Counted from the first letter of the stretch, positions 37,372 to 48,345 are shown. The stretch: DNA of 64,000 bases from Bacteroidota bacterium (GCA_040901865.1 JBBDYD010000194.1:2761-66760), one strand, 5' to 3'. Notes: a model not told the origin generated them from the letters alone. Numbers and translations: made by a program.

Positions 37372-37846
37372 ATGAGTTCATCCCTGATCCTGATTGTTCA
37401 GATCTTATGCCTGGCCCTGTGGATCGGCGGCTCGGTGGTCGTTTTTTACGATTGTCACTCCGGAGATCTTTGGACAGCTTGTCGATAGAAGCCAGGCAGG
37501 AAGAATCGCGGCGGCTATTCTCGAGAAATTTCACGCATCGGTACTGGTAGCCGTTGTCATTCTTGGGGTAACAATCTGGATTCAACTCATTGCCCTTGGG
37601 CCTTCGATTGCCATCAGACTCCGTGTCGCGCTCATGCTGGTTTCACTCGCGATTCTGATTGAAACATACGTCCGGTTCATCGTTTTAAATCGGATGAGAA
37701 AAATCCTGAAAGAATCCGCGGAGACCGGAACGCGCGGGGGAAAGGATGAGTTCAGAAGACTGCACAACCGTTCCACGCGAAGTTTCCTGCTGAACCTTTT
37801 CCTCGGTATTGCTGTTGTGATAACACTCGTCATGCCTTCCTCATAA
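37372..37846 (+). pseudogene. DUF4149-like membrane protein with apparent frameshift in a T6 run
   Basis: The ATG at 37372 gives MSSSLILIVQILCLALWIGGSVVVF, then a stop. The rest of the protein (TIVTPEIFGQL...) continues in the frame of the tracked ORF 37394-37846. The frames join if the T6 run at 37442-37447 is read as T5. Confidence 0.5.
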
Positions 37847-37864
37847 TCATCATCCGGAACACTC

Positions 37865-38320
37865 ATGCTGTCCATAGGAGACAAAGCCCCGGAGTTCACA
37901 CTGCCGGATTCCAAAGGTTCACCCGTTCAGTTGAAGGACTTCCGCGGCAAAAACGTAGTTCTTTATTTCTATCCCAGGGATTCTACACCGGGATGCACAA
38001 AAGAGGCTTGTTCTTTCAACGATGCGTTGGCTTCCATCCATAAAAAGGGAGCCACAGTGCTTGGAGTCAGCGCCGACAGCGTTGAGTCCCACAGAAAATT
38101 TGCAGACAAGCATGGGTTGCAATTTCAGCTTTTGAGCGATCCGGAAAAGAACGTCATCAAAGCCTATGGTGTCTGGCAAAAGAAATCGCTCTATGGGCGG
38201 ACCTTCATGGGCATTGTGAGGACAACGTTTGTGATAGATGCGAAAGGAAAGATTCGGGCGGTCTTTCCGAAGGTCAGGGTCGAAGGACACGTCGAAGAGA
38301 TTTTACAAAGCCTTGAATGA
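37865..38320 (+). CDS. bcp: Thiol peroxidase Bcp (peroxiredoxin Q type)
   Basis: 151 aa; KAPEFTLPD and YFYPRDSTPGCTKEAC. Confidence 0.93.
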   Translation: MLSIGDKAPEFTLPDSKGSPVQLKDFRGKNVVLYFYPRDSTPGCTKEACSFNDALASIHKKGATVLGVSADSVESHRKFADKHGLQFQLLSDPEKNVIKAYGVWQKKSLYGRTFMGIVRTTFVIDAKGKIRAVFPKVRVEGHVEEILQSLE

Positions 38321-38331
38321 GAGGAGGTCTC

Positions 38332-38745
38332 ATGGTGTATGTAACCCGGCGGGCGACATTCAGCGCCTCACACCGCTTGTTTAATCCGGATTGTTCCGAA
38401 GAAGAAAACCGGGGTATGTTCGGCAAATGCGCCAACCTGAACGGCCATGGGCACAATTACACCTTGGAAGTGACGGTCGCTGGTGAGCCAGGCCGGAAGA
38501 CGGGGTACGTGCTCGACCTGAAGATTCTAAAAGAAATAATCGCAAGGGAGGTCCTGGACAAAGTGGATCACAAACATTTGAATCACGATGTCGATTTCCT
38601 GCGTGATATCATTCCAACTGCGGAGAACATCGCCGTGGCCATTTGGAAAGCACTGGCGCCCCGAATTCCCTCCGGAACTCTCTTTTCCGTTCGGTTGCAG
38701 GAGACGGAGAACAACACGGTAGAATATAGGGGGGAAGCCGAATGA
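38332..38745 (+). CDS. 6-pyruvoyl-tetrahydropterin synthase (eukaryote-like PTPS)
   Basis: FSASHRL...[14 protein letters not shown]...DHKHLN...[10 protein letters not shown]...[12 protein letters not shown] closely follows the animal PTPS pattern (FSASHRL, GKCNNPNGHGHNY, DHKNLD, TTENVAVYIW). The start is set to the ATG at 38332, which has a gaggagg RBS. Confidence 0.88.
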   Translation: MVYVTRRATFSASHRLFNPDCSEEENRGMFGKCANLNGHGHNYTLEVTVAGEPGRKTGYVLDLKILKEIIAREVLDKVDHKHLNHDVDFLRDIIPTAENIAVAIWKALAPRIPSGTLFSVRLQETENNTVEYRGEAE

Positions 38746-39317
38746 AGGCAGATCCGGGAACGATGGAATCCATGATTGAGGAAATCCTCAAGGGGATAGG
38801 GGAAAATCCAACACGGGAGGGGCTTCGAAAAACTCCTGACCGGGTGGCGAGAATGTTGGAGTTTCTGACAAAGGGGTATGACGAAAATGTTTCGGATGTT
38901 CTAAACAATGCTGTGTTTACGGAACGGTACAGTGAAATGGTTATTGTGAAGGACATCGATTTCTATAGTCTTTGCGAGCATCACTTGCTGCCGTTTTACG
39001 GTAAGTGTCACATTGCATACGTCCCCAAGGGGAAAATTGTAGGGCTCAGTAAGCTCCCGAGGTTGGTCGAAGTGTTTAGCCGCCGGCTTCAGGTGCAGGA
39101 GAGATTGACGCAGCAAATCGCCGACACGCTGTACAGCGTTCTCAAGCCCCAGGGAGTCGGAGTGGTGATGGAAGCCCGACATTTGTGCATGATGATGAGA
39201 GGTGTTGAAAAGCAGAACTCCGTTGCAACGACGAGTGCGATGCTGGGGAGTTTCCGAAAGGATGTGAAAACGCGCAGTGAGTTTCTCACGCTCATCCAGA
39301 GTGAACTGGCCAAGTGA
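38742..39317 (+). CDS. folE: GTP cyclohydrolase I
   Basis: 191 aa; [24 protein letters not shown] and [11 protein letters not shown]. Confidence 0.95.
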   Translation: MKADPGTMESMIEEILKGIGENPTREGLRKTPDRVARMLEFLTKGYDENVSDVLNNAVFTERYSEMVIVKDIDFYSLCEHHLLPFYGKCHIAYVPKGKIVGLSKLPRLVEVFSRRLQVQERLTQQIADTLYSVLKPQGVGVVMEARHLCMMMRGVEKQNSVATTSAMLGSFRKDVKTRSEFLTLIQSELAK

Positions 39318-40033
39318 ATACTCTCAGGGTGATCCTGATTACCGGAGTGAGCAGTGGTATTGGGAGATCGCTGGCCCTCCAATTTGCGCGACGAGGTGAT
39401 CGAGTTGCGGGAATCGCGAGAAACCGCAGACTCCTGAAGGCTTTGGATCGGGAGATACGGTCGGAGGGTGGGAGCGGGATCATGCTACCGTGCGATGTGC
39501 GTGAGGAACGTCAGGTGCGCACTGCAGTGAAAAGGGGAATGGCAAGCTTGGGCGCGTATGACATGTTGATAAATAATGCCGGAGTCAGCGCCTTCAGAAA
39601 TTTCCTGGAAACGCCCGTTCGGACATTCAGGGAGATCCTTGACACGAATCTCACAGGCGCAATGCTTGTAACGCGAGCGGTGCTTCCGTTGATGGTGAAA
39701 CGGCAAAAAGGGACGATCATCAATATTATATCGTACGCAGCAAAAACAGTGTATCAGGGATCTTCTGCCTATTCGGCGGCGAAGGCGGGACTTGCCGGAA
39801 TGATGAATGTCGTTCGGGAGGAAGTCCGCTCGTCGGGGGTCAAAGTGATTAATGTCTATCCGGGTGCGATCCTGACCCCCATGTGGTCGCCAAAGCATCG
39901 AGCCGCGTTCAAAGATGATATGATCCCGCCCGATGACCTTGCCACTTTGATTTACGAGTTGACCTTGCAGCCGGTTTCGATGACTGTCGAGGAACTCGTC
40001 GTCCGTCCACCCATTGGAGATCTTCGCGTATGA
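39314..40033 (+). CDS. Short-chain dehydrogenase/reductase (candidate sepiapterin-reductase-type)
   Basis: TGVSSGIG Rossmann motif, NNAG and YSAAK (YxxxK). The function is suggested only by its position after PTPS and FolE. Confidence 0.8.
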   Translation: MNTLRVILITGVSSGIGRSLALQFARRGDRVAGIARNRRLLKALDREIRSEGGSGIMLPCDVREERQVRTAVKRGMASLGAYDMLINNAGVSAFRNFLETPVRTFREILDTNLTGAMLVTRAVLPLMVKRQKGTIINIISYAAKTVYQGSSAYSAAKAGLAGMMNVVREEVRSSGVKVINVYPGAILTPMWSPKHRAAFKDDMIPPDDLATLIYELTLQPVSMTVEELVVRPPIGDLRV

Positions 40034-40740
40034 GACTTCGTGGATCGGTTGCACTTGTCACGGGGGCCGGAAAAGGAATCGGAAGGGCCATTGCTCTCCG
40101 TCTCTCGGCTGAAGGAGCGACTGTGGTTCTGAATGCGAGAACACAGCCGGATCTTGAGAAGGTGCAATCAGAGATCCGCAGGGCAGGTGGGTCTGCCATG
40201 ATCGTCACCGCGGACATCACGGATGATGCTGCGACGGAGAAGATGTTCGAGCAGATTGATCGGGAATTCGGGAAACTGGATATCCTGATCAACAACGCAG
40301 GGAAGGGGACCTTTGCTCCAGTGCGGGATTTGCGGGTCGCCGATCTGGATGACATGTGGAATCTGAATATGCGTGCGTTGTTCCAATGCACGAAGCATGC
40401 GCTTGTACGGATGGAAAAGCAAGGGAAGGGGGCAATCGTCAACATTGCCTCCCTGGCAGGAAGAAATGCGTTTGTTGGGGGGGCGGGATATGCGGCGACA
40501 AAATGGGCGCTTATCGGGTTCTCCCGCTGCCTCATGCTTGAGGTTCGTGAAAAAAACATCAGGGTTGTCACTGTTTGCCCTGGATCGGTGGACACAGGGT
40601 TTTCCGGTGGACATGATCCTGATCAAGCAGCCAAGATCCTGGCGCCTGAGGACGTTGCGGAAGCAACGATTGCAGCTTTGACACTGCACCAACGGGCTCT
40701 CATGAGTGAAATCGACATCCGCCCGACGAACCCGCGATAA
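40030..40740 (+). CDS. Short-chain dehydrogenase/reductase (FabG-like)
   Basis: TGAGKGIG, NNAG and YAATK. Confidence 0.85.
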   Translation: MRLRGSVALVTGAGKGIGRAIALRLSAEGATVVLNARTQPDLEKVQSEIRRAGGSAMIVTADITDDAATEKMFEQIDREFGKLDILINNAGKGTFAPVRDLRVADLDDMWNLNMRALFQCTKHALVRMEKQGKGAIVNIASLAGRNAFVGGAGYAATKWALIGFSRCLMLEVREKNIRVVTVCPGSVDTGFSGGHDPDQAAKILAPEDVAEATIAALTLHQRALMSEIDIRPTNPR

Positions 40741-40782
40741 CTTGAAATCGTTCGTGCCGTGTGGTATATTAAGGTATTGCCA

Positions 40783-42675
40783 ATGAGTTCCCTCCGATTG
40801 TATTCAGCTGCCATCCTCTTCTTGATGGTTTCCCTGTTTTCGAGTTGCGCCGTGTTCCGGCCCGCCGGTGATGTAATTTCGGACGGGTATGAGAATACGG
40901 TGGCGTATTTTAACTCCTACTATAACGCAAGCAGGTTATTTCATGAGGCAGAGGATGAAATCCTCGCCGCCGAAAAGAGCCGACGTGCCCTGGAAGGATT
41001 TACCGATAATCGGCTGGATCCTCCCGGTGGTGCGAAGACAAAGCTCTCAACGGTTATTGATAAATGCTCAAATATTCTTTCCTTCCAACCGGGAAGTGCT
41101 CTTGTTGACGATGCGCTATTCCTGATCGGCAAATCATACTTCTATCAGGGAGAGTTTCTGAAATCAGAGAGAAAATTCTCCGAGTTGCTGTCATTCGCCC
41201 CCGGTGGCCCGCTTGCCATGGATGCCTCTCTCTGGCGGGCAAAAACTCTCCTTGAACTCAAAAATGAGGAAGAGGGCCTCCCGGAAACACGAGCGCTTAT
41301 TCAGAAAGCGATTGAATCGGGGGATGCGGAAACCGCCGGAGAGGCAAATCTGATCCTCGGGCACTTCTCTTCGAGAAGGAGTGACTCCCAGGAAGGTCTT
41401 GCAGCGTACCAAGAGGCAATCCGTTTGTCGGGGGATGAAATGATCAGGGCAACGGCTCAGTTTCGGATAGGTGACGAGAGAATGAAGCTCGGGGAATATT
41501 CCGGTGCGGCAGATGCATTTCTGCTGGTCGGTGAGTATTCTGACGAACCTGGCTTGTTCATCGCGGCACATCAGATGGCGACCCGCGCCCGACGCGAAGC
41601 GAAAGAGTATGACAAGGCCCTGGAAATCAGCCAAAACCTTGCAGAGGATTATCGCTTCGCCAGCTACGAGAATGCAGTGATGTATGAAATGGCTCTCACG
41701 CTTCGTGCGCGGGGGGATGTGGAAGAGGCTGTTGGATTGTTCACCCTCATTGATACGACGGGGACCCGAACGGAACTCGGATCGAAGGCAGCCTTCCAAC
41801 TCGGCCGGATCCACGAAGAGGCTGGAGAATACCAAAAGGCTCAGTTGGCCTATTCGCGTGCAACAGCGTTTCCGGTGCCATCCATGTATGCCATGGCACG
41901 CGATAGAGCGAGTGCGTTTAATCGTTTTCTTGCCTTAAAATCCCAACGAGCGGTGCGGGACACGCTCTTATGGAACCTCGCCGCAATCACGACTGATTCC
42001 ATTCCCGCCGCCGGAAATAGGGATTCTCTGCTTGCGTTGCAGGCCGTCAATGCTTATGACCTGGGCGAGGTATTCTATGCCGAGTTGGAAAAACTGGATT
42101 CGGCAGAAGTGTGGTATCGAACTGCTCTTGGAAGTCTGCGGGACAGCGCACGAACGCCGCGAATCCTCTTTATCCTCGCCGAACTTTCGAAGGAGGAAGC
42201 CGGAAGTCTGTATGAATCGATCATTAAGTCCTACCCGCGCTCTCACTATGCCGTGCGCGCAAAAATGAAACTCGGTTTGCATGAAGAGCCGTCGGCAGTT
42301 GATTCTGCGTCGATTGTTTATCGCAAAGCTGAAGAAAACATAGAATCCGGTGAGTATCAGAAAGCCGTCGTTCATCTCAAGGATATTGTGAGAGAGTATC
42401 CGCAATCCCCTTTTGCGGCCAAAAGCGCTTACGCCTTGGGCTGGCTTTATGAGTTCCGGCTGCAGTACCCGGACACCGCACTCTCGTATTATCGAAGCCT
42501 TCTTGAGCATTTTGGGGCCAGCGAATATGCTGTGACGGTGCGCCGACGTGTGGAGCCCAAATCCGTATCCCCAGATTCTCTTAGTGTTCCCCGGGAACGA
42601 CCGCAAGAAACTGAGGAGCAGGGTGGTGACCGAAAGGTCCAGGATAAACCACGTCAGAAAGTGATCATCGAATGA
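40783..42675 (+). CDS. Large TPR-repeat lipoprotein
   Basis: Lipobox LFSSC after a signal peptide, then multiple TPR-like repeats (ALFLIGKSYFYQGEF, AAFQLGRIHEEAGEY, SAYALGWLYEF). The start is set to the ATG at 40783. Confidence 0.75.
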   Translation: MSSLRLYSAAILFLMVSLFSSCAVFRPAGDVISDGYENTVAYFNSYYNASRLFHEAEDEILAAEKSRRALEGFTDNRLDPPGGAKTKLSTVIDKCSNILSFQPGSALVDDALFLIGKSYFYQGEFLKSERKFSELLSFAPGGPLAMDASLWRAKTLLELKNEEEGLPETRALIQKAIESGDAETAGEANLILGHFSSRRSDSQEGLAAYQEAIRLSGDEMIRATAQFRIGDERMKLGEYSGAADAFLLVGEYSDEPGLFIAAHQMATRARREAKEYDKALEISQNLAEDYRFASYENAVMYEMALTLRARGDVEEAVGLFTLIDTTGTRTELGSKAAFQLGRIHEEAGEYQKAQLAYSRATAFPVPSMYAMARDRASAFNRFLALKSQRAVRDTLLWNLAAITTDSIPAAGNRDSLLALQAVNAYDLGEVFYAELEKLDSAEVWYRTALGSLRDSARTPRILFILAELSKEEAGSLYESIIKSYPRSHYAVRAKMKLGLHEEPSAVDSASIVYRKAEENIESGEYQKAVVHLKDIVREYPQSPFAAKSAYALGWLYEFRLQYPDTALSYYRSLLEHFGASEYAVTVRRRVEPKSVSPDSLSVPRERPQETEEQGGDRKVQDKPRQKVIIE

Positions 42676-43445
42676 TCATAGCGGATGTCGTTGTTACTGA
42701 TGTGAAGATTGTTGCGGAAGGGACGAGAGTTCTTACGTTTGTTTCTCCGGATATTGCAAAATCCACGCTGCCCGGCCAGTTTGTCAATGTCCGCGTTCAT
42801 GCAGGTTCAGATCCGTTGCTTCGAAGGCCATTCTCGGTTTCCAGGGTCGAGGGTGACCATGTTGAAATTCTTTTCAATGTCGTTGGAGCAGGGACAGACA
42901 TCCTTGCAAGAAAAAGACCAGGTGACGTGATGAACGTCCTGGGCCCGTTGGGAGTGCCCTATGGAATCCACGGGGATTTCAAAAATGCCGTCCTTATCGC
43001 AGGCGGGTTGGGAGTAGCGCCGATGGCGATCCTGACGCAGCACCTGAAATCCTCGGGGAAGCATGTTGACACTTTCCTTGGTGCACGCAGTGCCCTGCAC
43101 CTCGTCGTAGACCACCTTGAGAATGTCCATGTAGCGACCGACGACGGATCAAAGGGATTCCACGGCAATGTTGTTCGGCTGGCAGATGAGTACTTGAAGG
43201 AGCATCCGGCCAGGAGCGCGAAGATTTTTGCCTGTGGACCAACTCGCATGCTCAAAGCAGTATCTGCTTTTGCGATCTTAGCCGGGATAGAAGGTGAAAT
43301 TTCCTTGGAAGGCGAGATGGCCTGTGGTATTGGAATATGCCAGGGTTGCCCTGTGGAGCGTGCCGGTGGGCAGAAGAAATACGCCCTTGTTTGCACAGAC
43401 GGCCCCGCCTTTCATTGTCAGGACATCATTCTCCGGGAATCATGA
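42672..43445 (+). CDS. pyrK: Dihydroorotate dehydrogenase B, electron-transfer subunit
   Basis: FAD/NAD-binding ferredoxin-reductase fold (RRPFSV, GGLGVAP) and a C-terminal 2Fe-2S Cys cluster (CGIGICQGC...C). Confidence 0.9.
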   Translation: MIIADVVVTDVKIVAEGTRVLTFVSPDIAKSTLPGQFVNVRVHAGSDPLLRRPFSVSRVEGDHVEILFNVVGAGTDILARKRPGDVMNVLGPLGVPYGIHGDFKNAVLIAGGLGVAPMAILTQHLKSSGKHVDTFLGARSALHLVVDHLENVHVATDDGSKGFHGNVVRLADEYLKEHPARSAKIFACGPTRMLKAVSAFAILAGIEGEISLEGEMACGIGICQGCPVERAGGQKKYALVCTDGPAFHCQDIILRES

Positions 43446-44383
43446 AAACGGGATTTTCCATACGAGGCGTTGAGTTTCAGAACAGGGTGTTCGTTGCCTC
43501 TGGAACGTTTGGGTATGGCGATGAAGTAAAGGATCTTGTCGATTTAAACAAGCTTGGCGGAATCGTCACCAAGTCCCTCTCCTGGAAACCTCGGGATGGC
43601 AATCCTCCTCGAAGAATCGTTGAGACAGCATCGGGGATGCTTAATTCCATCGGCCTCGCCAACATAGGTGTCGACACGTTTCTCGAGAAGAAGCTTCCGT
43701 TCCTGCGAACCCTGAAAACCAGAATCATCGCCAATATCGCGGCGAGTTCCATACAGGAATATGGAAACGTCCTCTCATTGCTCGAAGACCATGAGGGGAT
43801 TCACGGATACGAAATCAACGTTTCCTGTCCGAACGTGAAGGAGGGGGGATTGAGTTTCGGAACTGATTGTGCCATGACGGCGAAAATCACAGCCGATTTA
43901 CGTCCGAGAACGACGAAACCGCTCATCATAAAGCTCACGCCAAACGTGACGCATATTGCAGAGTTCGCGCGGGCTGTCAAGGGTGAAGGAGCCGATGCGG
44001 TTTCTGTTATCAATACCGTGATTGGCATGGCGGTCGATGTGAAATCGAGGAAGCCAAAACTTTCAACCGTGACGGGGGGGCTTTCTGGCCCTGCGATCAA
44101 ACCGATCGCGCTCGCAAAGGTATTTGAGGTCGCCCAAATGGTCGACATCCCCATATTCGGTATTGGCGGCATCACACGTCTGGAAGATGCGGTGGAGTTT
44201 CTGATGGTCGGGGCCACGGCGGTCCAGGTAGGCACAGCCAACTTTGTCGATCCCGCCACCGGAACCACCATTGCCGAAGCGCTGGAATCCTATGGACGGC
44301 GCCAGAATATGAGCGATATCGGCGAACTGGTTGGATCACTCATCGTCGACAAGAAGGCCTCGGTTCTGCAATCCTGGATGTGA
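43442..44383 (+). CDS. pyrD: Dihydroorotate dehydrogenase B, catalytic subunit
   Basis: ASGTFGYG, NVSCPNVKEGG, LSGPAIKPIAL and GIGGI. The start is set to the ATG at 43442, overlapping the pyrK stop. Confidence 0.95.
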   Translation: MKTGFSIRGVEFQNRVFVASGTFGYGDEVKDLVDLNKLGGIVTKSLSWKPRDGNPPRRIVETASGMLNSIGLANIGVDTFLEKKLPFLRTLKTRIIANIAASSIQEYGNVLSLLEDHEGIHGYEINVSCPNVKEGGLSFGTDCAMTAKITADLRPRTTKPLIIKLTPNVTHIAEFARAVKGEGADAVSVINTVIGMAVDVKSRKPKLSTVTGGLSGPAIKPIALAKVFEVAQMVDIPIFGIGGITRLEDAVEFLMVGATAVQVGTANFVDPATGTTIAEALESYGRRQNMSDIGELVGSLIVDKKASVLQSWM

Positions 44384-44411
44384 GTATAACCTCTCCTGAA
44401 CTGATTTTCTG

Positions 44412-45716
44412 GTGAAAACGTATTCGGAAGCGGTCGAGTTCCTCTACGGCCTCCAAGCCCGCGGCATGAAATTCGGACTTCGGGGAATCCGATCGCTGAT
44501 GCGAAGTCTGGGTCGGCCCGATCGCCGGCTCCGATGTGTCCATGTTGCCGGATCGAACGGCAAAGGTTCCACGGCGGCGATGATTGCTGCCACACTTACA
44601 GCGGCAGGATATCGGACGGGGCTTTACACGTCCCCGCACCTCATAGATTTTTCGGAACGAATCCGAATCGACGGGAAACCCATTCCAAAGAAAGCTGTTG
44701 TTCGCCTGACGCGACGGCTTCGCAAAGTGATCGAGATGCACCGCGTGACGTTCTTTGAAGCGACCACTGCGCTGGCGTTTCAATACTTTGCCGATGAACG
44801 TGTCGATATCGCAGTGATCGAAACGGGACTGGGTGGGAGGCTGGATGCAACGAACGTGATCTTTCCCCTGGTCTCTGTTATTACAACCATTTCCCTGGAA
44901 CATACGAACCTGCTTGGAAATTCTTTACGGAAGATAGCGTATGAAAAAGCCGGAATCGTGAAGTCAGGCGTTCCTTGTGTTATCGGTGTTCGGTCCCCAT
45001 CGGCCCTTCGCATGATCAAATCAGTATGTAGGGAACGGAAAAGCCGCCTTATCGATACGCGCAGCGCAGGCATCAGAATCCATCACCTTGGGCTTTCAGG
45101 CAGTACTCTGTCGGTTTCATTCAGAGGTGTGAAGGTACCGAAATTGATCCTCTCTCTTGCAGGGAGGCATCAAGCGCGAAACGCCGTACTGGCGATTGCA
45201 TCGTTGCAGGAGCTGGCTCTCCAAGGATTCAAAATCCACGAGGAAGCCCTTCGACACGGCATGGGGTCCATCAATGCCTTCACCGGACTTTGCGGCCGCC
45301 TTTCGCTGATCGGCCATAACCCTTCAATGATTGCCGACGTGGCACACAATACCGATGGCCTCCGGACCCTGGTGAAGGCTTTGCGCGCGCTCGGTATCCA
45401 CAAAGCCCACGTCGTGTTTGGTGTCATGAAAGATAAACCGGTTCGAACGATGATCAGGGTCCTGGCAGAAGTCGCACGCTCGATCGCGGCGGTTGAACCA
45501 GGGACGAATCGCTCCCTCCCGGCTGCTGAAGTAGGACGCGAATTCCGACGCTTACGGATTCCTGTCTTCTATCAAGGCCCCGTTGCGGGGGGAGTGGCTC
45601 TTGCCCGATCCGTGGCAGGAAAAAAAGGAACGGTTCTCGTCACCGGTTCGCACTTCGTTGTTGGAGAAGCCCTCGCAGCTCTGAAGCGCAAAAAATACTT
45701 GACAATAAACCAGTAA
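44412..45716 (+). CDS. folC: Bifunctional folylpolyglutamate synthase/dihydrofolate synthase
   Basis: VAGSNGKGST P-loop, TSPHL and a Mur-ligase fold. Confidence 0.9.
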   Translation: MKTYSEAVEFLYGLQARGMKFGLRGIRSLMRSLGRPDRRLRCVHVAGSNGKGSTAAMIAATLTAAGYRTGLYTSPHLIDFSERIRIDGKPIPKKAVVRLTRRLRKVIEMHRVTFFEATTALAFQYFADERVDIAVIETGLGGRLDATNVIFPLVSVITTISLEHTNLLGNSLRKIAYEKAGIVKSGVPCVIGVRSPSALRMIKSVCRERKSRLIDTRSAGIRIHHLGLSGSTLSVSFRGVKVPKLILSLAGRHQARNAVLAIASLQELALQGFKIHEEALRHGMGSINAFTGLCGRLSLIGHNPSMIADVAHNTDGLRTLVKALRALGIHKAHVVFGVMKDKPVRTMIRVLAEVARSIAAVEPGTNRSLPAAEVGREFRRLRIPVFYQGPVAGGVALARSVAGKKGTVLVTGSHFVVGEALAALKRKKYLTINQ

Positions 45717-45904
45717 TGGACTATCTTCATAAGAGAAGTGGTGACGTTGTCACCCATTTCGTTGTTCCATCCGGCGTCCTTCAAACGGTAATAATTCCCA
45801 ACCCTGCAGATTACGCGAGTTCTTCAACACAACGTTTGTCTTTCACCAGATCTAGTACGCCAATCATCCCCTTCCATCCCACCCTATCGTAAGGTTTTAC
45901 CGCC

Positions 45905-47158
45905 ATGCCAATGGACATTACTGAGCTAAAGTCCAAAAAAATCGCCGAATTGAATTCCATCGCCAAAGAGCTGAACATCCCCGGCCACAGCGATTTGCGC
46001 AAGCAGGAGTTGATTTTCAAAATCCTGGAGGCGCAAACGGAAAAGGACGGGTTAAGCTTCAGCAAAGGCGTCCTTGAGGTTCTTCCCGATGGATACGGTT
46101 TTCTCCGCTCTGTCGACTACAACTACCTTCCGTCCCCGGATGATATCTACGTCTCACCGTCGCAAATAAAGAAATTCGGACTCCGGACGGGCGACAGTGT
46201 CAGCGGACAGGTTCGTCCGCCAAAAGAGGGTGAGCGGTTCTTTGCCCTCCTGCGCGTTGAAGCGGTGAACGATGATCACCCGGATGTCATTCGGGAACGC
46301 GTGCTGTTTGACAACCTGACGCCCCTGTATCCGAAAGAACGGATCAAGCTCGAAACCGCACCGGGCGAATACTCCATGAGAATTCTCGACCTCTTGTCCC
46401 CGATAGGAAAAGGACAGCGTGGGATGATTGTCTCCCCTCCCAAGGCCGGGAAAACCGTCCTTCTGCAGAAAATTGCAAACAGCATCACCCGAAATCATCC
46501 GGAAATCAAATTAATCGTTTTGTTGATCGACGAGCGCCCAGAAGAAGTAACGGATATGGAGCGCACGGTGAATGCCGAAGTCGTTAGTTCGACGTTTGAT
46601 GAGCCGCCGGAACGCCACGTCCAGGTTTCTGATATGGTGCTGGAAAAAGCCAAACGGCTTGTTGAGGCGCGCCGGGATGTCGTGGTCCTGCTGGACAGTA
46701 TCACGAGGCTTGCCCGGGCCCATAACACGGTTGTTCCGCACAGCGGAAAGATCCTCTCCGGCGGTGTCGATGCGAATGCTCTCCATCGTCCAAAGAGGTT
46801 TTTCGGGGCGGCACGCAATATTGAGGAAGGGGGAAGCCTGACCATTATCGCGACAGCGCTGGTGGAAACGGGAAGCAGAATGGATGAGGTAATTTTCGAA
46901 GAGTTCAAAGGAACAGGCAATATGGAAGTCGTTCTTGACCGCAAGTTAAGTGACCGCAGAACGTTTCCGGCAATTGACGTCAATCGGTCAGGTACCCGTA
47001 AAGAAGAAATGTTGCTCGACCCGGAGGAGCTCAACCGCGTTTGGATTTTACGTAAACTCGTGAGCGATCTCAATCCGCTGGAAGCAATGGATTTTGTCCT
47101 GGAGAAAATGCGCGGAACGAAATCAAACAAGGAATTCCTCAAGTCCATGAATAGCTGA
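45905..47158 (+). CDS. rho: Transcription termination factor Rho
   Basis: 417 aa; [17 protein letters not shown]-like [14 protein letters not shown], Walker A PPKAGKT, then [10 protein letters not shown]. Confidence 0.97.
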   Translation: MPMDITELKSKKIAELNSIAKELNIPGHSDLRKQELIFKILEAQTEKDGLSFSKGVLEVLPDGYGFLRSVDYNYLPSPDDIYVSPSQIKKFGLRTGDSVSGQVRPPKEGERFFALLRVEAVNDDHPDVIRERVLFDNLTPLYPKERIKLETAPGEYSMRILDLLSPIGKGQRGMIVSPPKAGKTVLLQKIANSITRNHPEIKLIVLLIDERPEEVTDMERTVNAEVVSSTFDEPPERHVQVSDMVLEKAKRLVEARRDVVVLLDSITRLARAHNTVVPHSGKILSGGVDANALHRPKRFFGAARNIEEGGSLTIIATALVETGSRMDEVIFEEFKGTGNMEVVLDRKLSDRRTFPAIDVNRSGTRKEEMLLDPEELNRVWILRKLVSDLNPLEAMDFVLEKMRGTKSNKEFLKSMNS

Positions 47159-47169
47159 TCGACAACCCC

Positions 47170-48345
47170 ATGCAGGACGCCGTTCTTGTCAGTGCTTGCC
47201 GCACACCCATCGGCTCCTTTCTCGGAGCCCTCAGTTCACTTTCCGCTCCCCGTCTTGGTTCGATTGTAATTTCGGAAGTCATACGTCGTGCGCGGATTCA
47301 ACCTTCAGATGTCCAGGAAGTCATCATGGGCAATGTCCTTACCGCGGGTGTGGGGCAGGCTCCAGCGCGCCAGGCTGCTCTCTTTGCAGAACTGCCACCT
47401 TCCGTCGAATGCCTTACCGTGAACAAAGTGTGTGGATCCGGTTTGAAAGCCGTGATCCTGGCAGCTCAGGCAATTCGATCAGGGGATGCTGAGATCATTG
47501 TTGCGGGGGGGATGGAAAGCATGTCCAATGTTCCGTTTGCTCTGGAGAAAGTACGCACCGGCATGCGTCTTGGACATGGAGAGGTCGTTGATCTGATGAT
47601 CAAGGATGGACTGTGGGATGTGTACAACAACTACCATATGGGAAGTGCCGCAGAGTTATGTGCGCGGGAATGCGGGGTGCCGAGGGAAGCTCAGGACGAA
47701 TTTGCCATTGAGAGTTACCGGAGAGCCCAGTCGGCCGTCAGCAAAGGGCTCTTTAAGGAAGAAATTGTTCCCGTGACTATTCCGTCGAAATCCGGCGACA
47801 CAGTTGTTGATACCGATGAGGATCCTTTTAAGACGGATTTCGCGAAAATTCCGACACTGAAGCCCGTCTTTCAAAAAGACGGAACTGTCACAGCGGCCAA
47901 CGCTTCGAAGATTAACGACGGGGCCGCAGCTCTTGTGGTAATGTCGGCATCGAAGGCAAAACAACTCGGATTGAAGCCGCTTGCAAGGATCATCGGGTAC
48001 GCTTCCGCGGCCAAGAAACCGGAATGGTTTACCACGGCCCCGGTGGATGTGATCGCAAAGACGCTTGATCGATGCGGCTTGAAACAGGAATCCATCGATC
48101 TCTTCGAAGTGAATGAGGCTTTCGCCGTTGTTACTCTCGCTGTCAACAGGATGCTTGGATTGGACCCAAAAAAGGTGAACGTGCATGGCGGAGCAGTGGC
48201 TCTCGGGCATCCTATCGGCGCCAGCGGTGCGCGCATTCTTGTAACGCTTCTTCACGCTCTCCGTCGCTACGACAAAAAGCTCGGCATGGCGGCGATTTGC
48301 ATAGGTGGCGGTGAGGCGAGCGGCATGATTGTCGAGCTTCTTTGA
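47170..48345 (+). CDS. Acetyl-CoA acetyltransferase (thiolase II)
   Basis: [11 protein letters not shown] (active-site Cys), [17 protein letters not shown] and CIGGGEA. Confidence 0.95.
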   Translation: MQDAVLVSACRTPIGSFLGALSSLSAPRLGSIVISEVIRRARIQPSDVQEVIMGNVLTAGVGQAPARQAALFAELPPSVECLTVNKVCGSGLKAVILAAQAIRSGDAEIIVAGGMESMSNVPFALEKVRTGMRLGHGEVVDLMIKDGLWDVYNNYHMGSAAELCARECGVPREAQDEFAIESYRRAQSAVSKGLFKEEIVPVTIPSKSGDTVVDTDEDPFKTDFAKIPTLKPVFQKDGTVTAANASKINDGAAALVVMSASKAKQLGLKPLARIIGYASAAKKPEWFTTAPVDVIAKTLDRCGLKQESIDLFEVNEAFAVVTLAVNRMLGLDPKKVNVHGGAVALGHPIGASGARILVTLLHALRRYDKKLGMAAICIGGGEASGMIVELL

